Source: an uncultured cyanobacterium (GTDB lineage: Bacteria; Cyanobacteriota; Cyanobacteriia; Phormidesmidales; Phormidesmidaceae). From it: DNA of 64,000 nt. The notes under the pieces are model-generated. The model did not search any database, was not told the DNA's origin, and was given only the letters and a program-made list of their open reading frames with translations. Where the stretch lies: positions 1,632,001-1,696,000 of the forward strand of contig CAWBZI010000001.1 in the NCBI GenBank assembly GCA_963793265.1. Direction: 5' to 3'. Positions 59,019 through 64,000 of the stretch are shown here, piece after piece (the stretch's first letter is position 1; the number at the start of each line of letters is the position of its first letter). Position numbers and translations under genes: made by a program.

Positions 59019-61122
59019 GCAGGTGCCTACCGTTGATGATTTTTCAGATGCGGTGCGATTAGGCAAAGTTATTGGCACCCGAAGTAAGCGCGGTCACCTG
59101 CGACAGGGCGCTGACGCTGAAAAGATGATTTCTATCGATAACGGCGCGCTGCGAATTCGACCGATGGTGACGCCGGGGTGGGGAAGATGTGCGATCGCCT
59201 ACGGCCCCTACAAAAGAGAAGCTGGTCTTACCCTGGCCGTATTCATGCTCAACGGCCACAATGCCTCGGAAGGTAATGATATCGGGGAAACGCTCAAAGG
59301 CAGAGTTTTTCGCTGGCTCCGAGGGAGCGAAACTGAGTCTATAGGCGATCGCCTCTGGCACTGGGCTCTTAGCTCACATCACAACCACAGACTGAATCTG
59401 TTCTATCGCTGGGTGCGCAATCGTAAAGGCCGGTTTAAAGAGGGGCATTTAAAAGAGAATTTGGCGATTGGCTGGTTTGCCCAATCGGGCGCGTCAGATC
59501 CGACGGCGGCAGGAAACGCCATCGTGATGCAGTCGAGTGAGGCAGAGAATGGGACGCTTTGCGTGAGGATGAGCGATCGCCTATCTCCGGCAGTCAAAGG
59601 TGTGCAAAATCTACAAACCTATTACATTGTTGTACTTAGAGAAAAAGGTGCGGCCTATTATGCAGCCTCGTTGCCAAACACGCGCGGCCTCGGCACTTAT
59701 CCTTTTATGCGCTTAGTCGGCATCGATAGTCAAGGGAGTGATGAGACAGTTTATGCAGGCATTCATCAAGGTGCTTTGGGTCAGGTCGGGTTTCGAGTCG
59801 ATAGCCGCGTGTATGGTGCGCGCGCAGAGGTGCTCTCTGAGCTTGAGGCATGGTATGGGACGGCTCAGGTGGCCGACCGGCTGATTGGGAACGAGACGCT
59901 TGAGCAGGCTGAAGTTGGGGGGGATTGGGAGGTTGTAGAGGGAGATTTTTGTAGAACCGACCGAGGGTTGGTGGGAAAAGCGCAGCGTAATTTGGCTTTG
60001 ATCGATGGGGCCGCGGCATCTGGAGGGATTTGTGCGATCGCAACCGTTCAACAAAAGGCCCTTCCAAATAAAACATACACACATACAAACAAAGCGGCTA
60101 TCTTTTGGCGAACTCAGGACAAGAACAACAGTTGGGCGCTATGGCTGAGAAACAACAAATGTCAGCTACAGATTTGCGAAGATGGACAGTGGTTAAACAT
60201 TTCAACAGATGAAAAGAACTTGCTTTTAGCTGATGCTGATAACGCTATTCAGATCTTAGATAACGGAAATTCTTTTAGCCTTTATCTCAACGGCGTTTTA
60301 CTCTTTGATCGCTGGTTTACCGACGATAGGTTGAAAGAGGCGACAAAAATAGGGCTTTTGAGCGATCGCGCCAGCAAAACAGAAAACTTTATTTCCTTTC
60401 AAAATCTAGAATCACACCCGCGCAATATTCCCATCCCGGCTGAGCTAAAAATGGGCGCACCCTGGCAAAAGCAAGGGACGCAGATACTCGTGGCTGATAA
60501 CTTTGCAAGCAATAGGGCAAATAGCGATTTAAACGGACGACTTAGTGAGATTGGAGAGCAAACGTGGCGAAAAGAAATTGGTAAGGGCGAAATGCGGCTG
60601 ACCAACGACAAAAGCGTTCGCGTGAAAGCCTCAGCCGAACAGCCAAATCCTGGTCGATTAGCCTACACCGTCGCCTGGAAGAATCTTGAGTTTGCCGATA
60701 TTTCAGTTGATATTCTGCCACCGGGTACCGCTCGCCATCAGCGGGAAAAAGGGCGGGGGGGTCTGATCTTTTGGCAAGATGCCGATCACTATCTCATTAT
60801 TAATCACTGGCTTGATGACACCTTTGACGGCTCAGCGATGTCTGCCTTTTTGCACGTTGATGGCTTTGAAGAAATTTATGACGGGGTGTGGAGTAATTTG
60901 GCAGGTCGCATTACCTGGGGCCAGCAGCACACCTTCAGAGTCACCTTCGACGGGCTCAACTTTACCGCGCACGTCAACAAAGAACCGCTGCTCTACCGAT
61001 CGATTACAGACATTTATCCCCAGCTCAATCGGCTGCGAATCAATCGAGTCGGCATCGTTGCAAACTGGGAATGGGGACAAGATACGGGCACTACGTTCAG
61101 CAGATTTATTGGAAGAAAGTAG
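59005..61122 (+). CDS. 705 aa hypothetical protein with about three repeated beta-rich (ConA/LamG-like) domains
   Basis: Long ORF overlapping the deacetylase stop; repeats begin DDFS / ADRL / ADNF; AAIFWRTQDKNNSW is paralleled by GLIFWQDADHYL, and DNGNSFSLYLNG by FDGLNFTAHVNK. Confidence 0.75.
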   Translation: MNQDKQVPTVDDFSDAVRLGKVIGTRSKRGHLRQGADAEKMISIDNGALRIRPMVTPGWGRCAIAYGPYKREAGLTLAVFMLNGHNASEGNDIGETLKGRVFRWLRGSETESIGDRLWHWALSSHHNHRLNLFYRWVRNRKGRFKEGHLKENLAIGWFAQSGASDPTAAGNAIVMQSSEAENGTLCVRMSDRLSPAVKGVQNLQTYYIVVLREKGAAYYAASLPNTRGLGTYPFMRLVGIDSQGSDETVYAGIHQGALGQVGFRVDSRVYGARAEVLSELEAWYGTAQVADRLIGNETLEQAEVGGDWEVVEGDFCRTDRGLVGKAQRNLALIDGAAASGGICAIATVQQKALPNKTYTHTNKAAIFWRTQDKNNSWALWLRNNKCQLQICEDGQWLNISTDEKNLLLADADNAIQILDNGNSFSLYLNGVLLFDRWFTDDRLKEATKIGLLSDRASKTENFISFQNLESHPRNIPIPAELKMGAPWQKQGTQILVADNFASNRANSDLNGRLSEIGEQTWRKEIGKGEMRLTNDKSVRVKASAEQPNPGRLAYTVAWKNLEFADISVDILPPGTARHQREKGRGGLIFWQDADHYLIINHWLDDTFDGSAMSAFLHVDGFEEIYDGVWSNLAGRITWGQQHTFRVTFDGLNFTAHVNKEPLLYRSITDIYPQLNRLRINRVGIVANWEWGQDTGTTFSRFIGRK

Positions 61123-61338
61123 CGACGCGCAAAATATTTTATATTTGAAAACGCAGCACTCTGTTAAGCTTTGTTAAGCAAGTTAACAAAAGGATTGACT
61201 TATTGAAAACAAATACTTAGCAGCAATATACTTGTTGCCGAAGACGATTGTGCTGCAACTTTTTGGCAACTGCCAGAGAAAGCAGATGGGAGGCGATCGC
61301 CGTTTTAATTTGCCGTACTTTAATAAACTCTAGAATTT

Positions 61339-62295
61339 ATGCCATACACCGTTGCTTCTGCACGTAACATTTTTCCCAACACGCTCTCTGCTGACGCCGT
61401 TCCTGCAACGATTGCCCGGTTTTCTCAGCTCAGCGCTGAAGATCAGCTAGCCCTCATCTGGTTTGCCTACCTCGAAATGGGCCAGGGCATCACGATTGCG
61501 GCTCCGGGTGCTGCCAATATGCAGTTTGCCGAAATCACCATGAACAAAATCAAAAATATGACGCCTTTGGAGCAATCCCAGGCGATGTGTGATTTGGCAA
61601 ACCGCGCCGACACCGAAATCTCTCGCACCTACAGCACTTGGACGCCCAACATTAAGCTCGGCTTTTGGTTCAGACTTGGCGAATGGATGGAGCAGGGCTT
61701 TGTTGCGCCTATTCCTGAAGGCTACAAGCTTTCTGCTAACGCCGCCGCCATTTTGCAGTCTATTCGCGGGCTAGAGTCAGGTCAGCAAATCACCGTACTC
61801 CGTAGCTCTGTGGTAGACATGGGCTTTGACACTGGCTCAGACAGCTTTGATCGCGTTGCAGAGCCCGTTGCGCCACCTACTTCTATAGGCGATCGCACCC
61901 AAGTTTCAATCGAAGGCACCGATAACACCACCGTATTGAACTACATGAACAACCTGAACGCCAACGACTTTGGGGCGCTGATCGATTTGTTTGCGACCGA
62001 CGGTGCCTTGCAGCCTCCCTTTCGCAAGCCTATTGTTGGCAAAGAAGCCATTTCGAGATTCTTTACAGAAGAATGCCAGAACCTCAACTTGATTCCAGGA
62101 CAGGCGGTAGAAGAAGCGGCTGAAGACGGCTACAAGCAGATCAAAGTAACGGGTAAATGTCAAACGCCCTGGTTTGGTGCAGCCGTTGGCATGAACATTG
62201 CGTGGCGCTTTTTGCTTAACCCTGAAGGGAAGATTTTCTTCGTGGCCATCGATTTGCTCGCCTCGCCCAAAGAGCTATTGAACCTAGTTCGTTAA
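61339..62295 (+). CDS. ocp: Orange carotenoid protein (OCP1-type inferred from the linked FRP)
   Basis: DQLALIWFAY, KLGFW, QQITVLR, NTF2-like C-domain with QTPWFG and WRFLL. Confidence 0.96.
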   Translation: MPYTVASARNIFPNTLSADAVPATIARFSQLSAEDQLALIWFAYLEMGQGITIAAPGAANMQFAEITMNKIKNMTPLEQSQAMCDLANRADTEISRTYSTWTPNIKLGFWFRLGEWMEQGFVAPIPEGYKLSANAAAILQSIRGLESGQQITVLRSSVVDMGFDTGSDSFDRVAEPVAPPTSIGDRTQVSIEGTDNTTVLNYMNNLNANDFGALIDLFATDGALQPPFRKPIVGKEAISRFFTEECQNLNLIPGQAVEEAAEDGYKQIKVTGKCQTPWFGAAVGMNIAWRFLLNPEGKIFFVAIDLLASPKELLNLVR

Positions 62296-62420
62296 TAGCA
62301 AACGTTTGTTCTTTATAGATAGCAAATTCGCTTTAATCCCCCTTAAAATAGGCAATAAGAAAGCCTATCTTAGGGGGCTTTTTTACCAAAACCAAAACAA
62401 CGATATAAACTTCAATTGAC

Positions 62421-62750
62421 ATGACGCAGCAAAGTGACGTGACGTGGAGCGAAACAGAAAAGGCCGTGGCTGAAGCTGCGCTTAAAAAAGCCCATGATCG
62501 AGAAGTAGAAACGCTAGTAACAAGAGTAAGGGAACAGGCAGGCTCAATCACGACAACTGAAGATATCTGGCAACTACACGACTTCTTGAGCGCCAGAAGG
62601 CACGAGATTGATGGTAAATACGATGACAGAGAATCTTTCCTCATATTTACGCTCTCCAGGCTGCTGAAAGATGGGCTGATAGAAACGTCAGAGATTAGTG
62701 AGCTAGCGCCTGATAAGCGGGCCAAGGTGAACATTCTGACTCGAATGTAG
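62421..62750 (+). CDS. frp: Fluorescence recovery protein
   Basis: WSETEK, WQLHDFLSARRHEIDGKYD; directly downstream of ocp. Confidence 0.93.
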   Translation: MTQQSDVTWSETEKAVAEAALKKAHDREVETLVTRVREQAGSITTTEDIWQLHDFLSARRHEIDGKYDDRESFLIFTLSRLLKDGLIETSEISELAPDKRAKVNILTRM

Positions 62751-62771
62751 CTGCTTACCAACAATGCCTAC

Positions 62772-62816
62772 CTACCCCTATAGCTCACTGTAGCGTTTAG
62801 AATAGGGGTAGTTTTT
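62772..62816 (+). promoter_or_regulatory. MerR-type operator dyad and -10 nested in a terminator-like inverted repeat
   Basis: CCCTATAG-CTCA-CTGTAGCG followed by TAGAAT; outer arms CTACCCCTAT/ATAGGGGTAG then TTTTT. Confidence 0.55.
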
Positions 62817-62833
62817 GTAGGAGGAATAGCAGT

Positions 62834-63268
62834 GTGGACGGCAAACAGCCATTAGAGAAGCGCTTAAAAATTGGTGAAGTCTCCAAGCAAACAGGCGTAG
62901 CTGTTGGGGCGCTGCGCTATTACGAAGAGATAGACTTACTCACCTCACAACGGGGCAGTAATGGCTATCGCTACTACCTACCATCTGCGGTTCATCAGGT
63001 GCAGTTTATTAAGAAAGCGCAGGCGCTGGGTTTTTCTTTAGAAGAGATTGCGCAGGTGTTGAATGTTCATAGGCAAGGGAATGTGCCGTGTGGTTTGGTG
63101 CGATCGCTCTTACAAGAAAAGATAGAGAAAATAGAGGCCCAAATTCGAGAAATGGAATCGTTTAAGAGCAGCTTAGTGCAGTATCGCGATCAGTGGGCTT
63201 CAGATGAACCTCGGCCCAAGCCGGGAGACATTTGTCCGCTGATAGAAACCATTTCTTTGCAGGCGTAG
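62834..63268 (+). CDS. MerR family heavy-metal-responsive transcriptional regulator
   Basis: LKIGEVSK, LRYYE, NGYRYY, FIKKAQALGFSLEEI, Cys in VPC and ICPL; AGGAGG SD. Confidence 0.9.
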   Translation: MDGKQPLEKRLKIGEVSKQTGVAVGALRYYEEIDLLTSQRGSNGYRYYLPSAVHQVQFIKKAQALGFSLEEIAQVLNVHRQGNVPCGLVRSLLQEKIEKIEAQIREMESFKSSLVQYRDQWASDEPRPKPGDICPLIETISLQA

Positions 63269-63271
63269 GCT

Positions 63272-63573
63272 GTGTTTAATTTTATTCGTCAATACGAGGA
63301 TGAGAGTCGCTACGAACTGATTGACGGGGAGCTGATTGAGATGGAACCAACCGGGCCTCATGAAGAAGTTGTCGCGCTGGTGGCTCGAAAGCTAAACGTA
63401 GAGATCGACAGACAAGATTTGCCCTACTTTATTCCTCATAGGTGCCTGATCAAAGGACTAAGTACATCAACAGCATTCCGCCCTGATGTTGTTGTCATGA
63501 CCAGATAGAGTCAAGTGTGTTTCGTGAACTAGGTCTGAGCGCTAACCAAATCTTTGAGGCAGCTAGCCGCTAG
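63272..63573 (+). pseudogene. Uma2 family endonuclease pseudogene (internal deletion and frameshift)
   Basis: N-terminal RYELIDGELIEMEPTGPHE...RPDVVV, then in another frame the Uma2-like C-terminus DQIESSVFRELGLSANQIFEAASR*; the central VEV-S/K-Y-EYW region is missing. Confidence 0.78.
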
Positions 63574-63601
63574 CCCCGACGAACGCCGTCTCTAAGACTT
63601 T

Positions 63602-64000
63602 TTAATCCGGTGACCACACCAAAACCTGCGCCTCATATTCAGGCAAGTCGACTGTCAGCGTTCCATTTTCAACCGGCACGTCATAGTTTTTTGTCCACTC
63701 GTGCCACTGCCCATCTTCAGGCATATCGCTCACCTCATAGTCGGCAATGTAGTTGTCAGAACAGTTGACAATTACAGCTACGCGAGCGCCCATCTCATGC
63801 CAGCGCATATAGCCCAGAATATTGTCGTCTACATTCTCATGAAATATAGCAATATTGTCAGAACGCAACGCTGCATTCTCCTTTCTCAGTGCGATCAAAC
63901 CCTTGTAATACTTCAGTAGTCCAAGATTACCGTCATTATCTAACAGCATCCAATCCAAAGGAGAAGGATCAAGTGATTTCTCTTTGTACTCACCAAACTC
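63602..64000 (-). CDS. C-terminal part of a GH13 alpha-amylase/branching-enzyme-like protein (starts beyond the window)
   Basis: The frame is open to the window edge: EFGEYKEK...LDW...YYKGLIALRK...ILGYMRW...VIVN...WHEW, an amylase C-terminal domain. Confidence 0.82.
   Translation of the reverse strand, partial: EFGEYKEKSLDPSPLDWMLLDNDGNLGLLKYYKGLIALRKENAALRSDNIAIFHENVDDNILGYMRWHEMGARVAVIVNCSDNYIADYEVSDMPEDGQWHEWTKNYDVPVENGTLTVDLPEYEAQVLVWSPD

Larger units (their letters stand above)
190..63108. repeat. HIP1 octamers (GCGATCGC) dispersed throughout
   Basis: Many copies across the window, e.g. at 190, 378, 698 and 63101; a cyanobacterial hallmark. Confidence 0.9.

Noticed and set aside
62333..62764. 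143 aa minus-strand ORF
   Set aside because: Antisense shadow of frp.
1..64000. tRNA, rRNA, CRISPR arrays, IS transposases, integrases, reverse transcriptases
   Set aside because: None was recognisable by eye in the ORFs or intergenic regions; tRNAscan-SE, Infernal and CRISPR finders would be needed to exclude degenerate cases.

Overview
A 64 kb stretch of cyanobacterial chromosome. HIP1 octamers (GCGATCGC) are abundant, and psbA, apcD and ocp-frp are present. The glucosylglycerol genes suggest a marine or halotolerant strain (inference). Most of the window is housekeeping: photosynthesis and photoprotection (psbA of the D1:2 type, apcD, a CCB-family factor, a radical SAM high-light acclimation protein, OCP and FRP); envelope genes (lpxD, lptC, dacB, an M48 protease, an ExbB-like protein, an amidase, a HepA-like ABC exporter, glycosyltransferases); and rlmD, coaX, rbgA, pgk, pcrA, tadA, plsC, bolA-grxD. 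It also holds a compact glucosylglycerol cluster (ggpS divergent from gghA-glpK-stpA). The most unusual parts are: (1) a HIP1-free islet downstream of pgk with hicAB (HicB lacks its DNA-binding tail) and a stand-alone Shedu/DUF4263-like nuclease; (2) a co-oriented four-gene unit of GT2, GT4, PIG-L deacetylase and a 705 aa repeated beta-sandwich protein, of unknown product; (3) an ABC exporter ending in a His-less HisKA-like tail; (4) a PolX N-terminal/HhH protein with no polymerase core. Smaller items are an OmpR regulator with Glu at the phosphoacceptor site, a canonical NtcA-type promoter, a candidate small protein, REP-like palindromes and two pseudogene relics. No rRNA, tRNA, CRISPR array or intact transposase was seen. 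All family calls come from motif recognition by eye, not from database searches.
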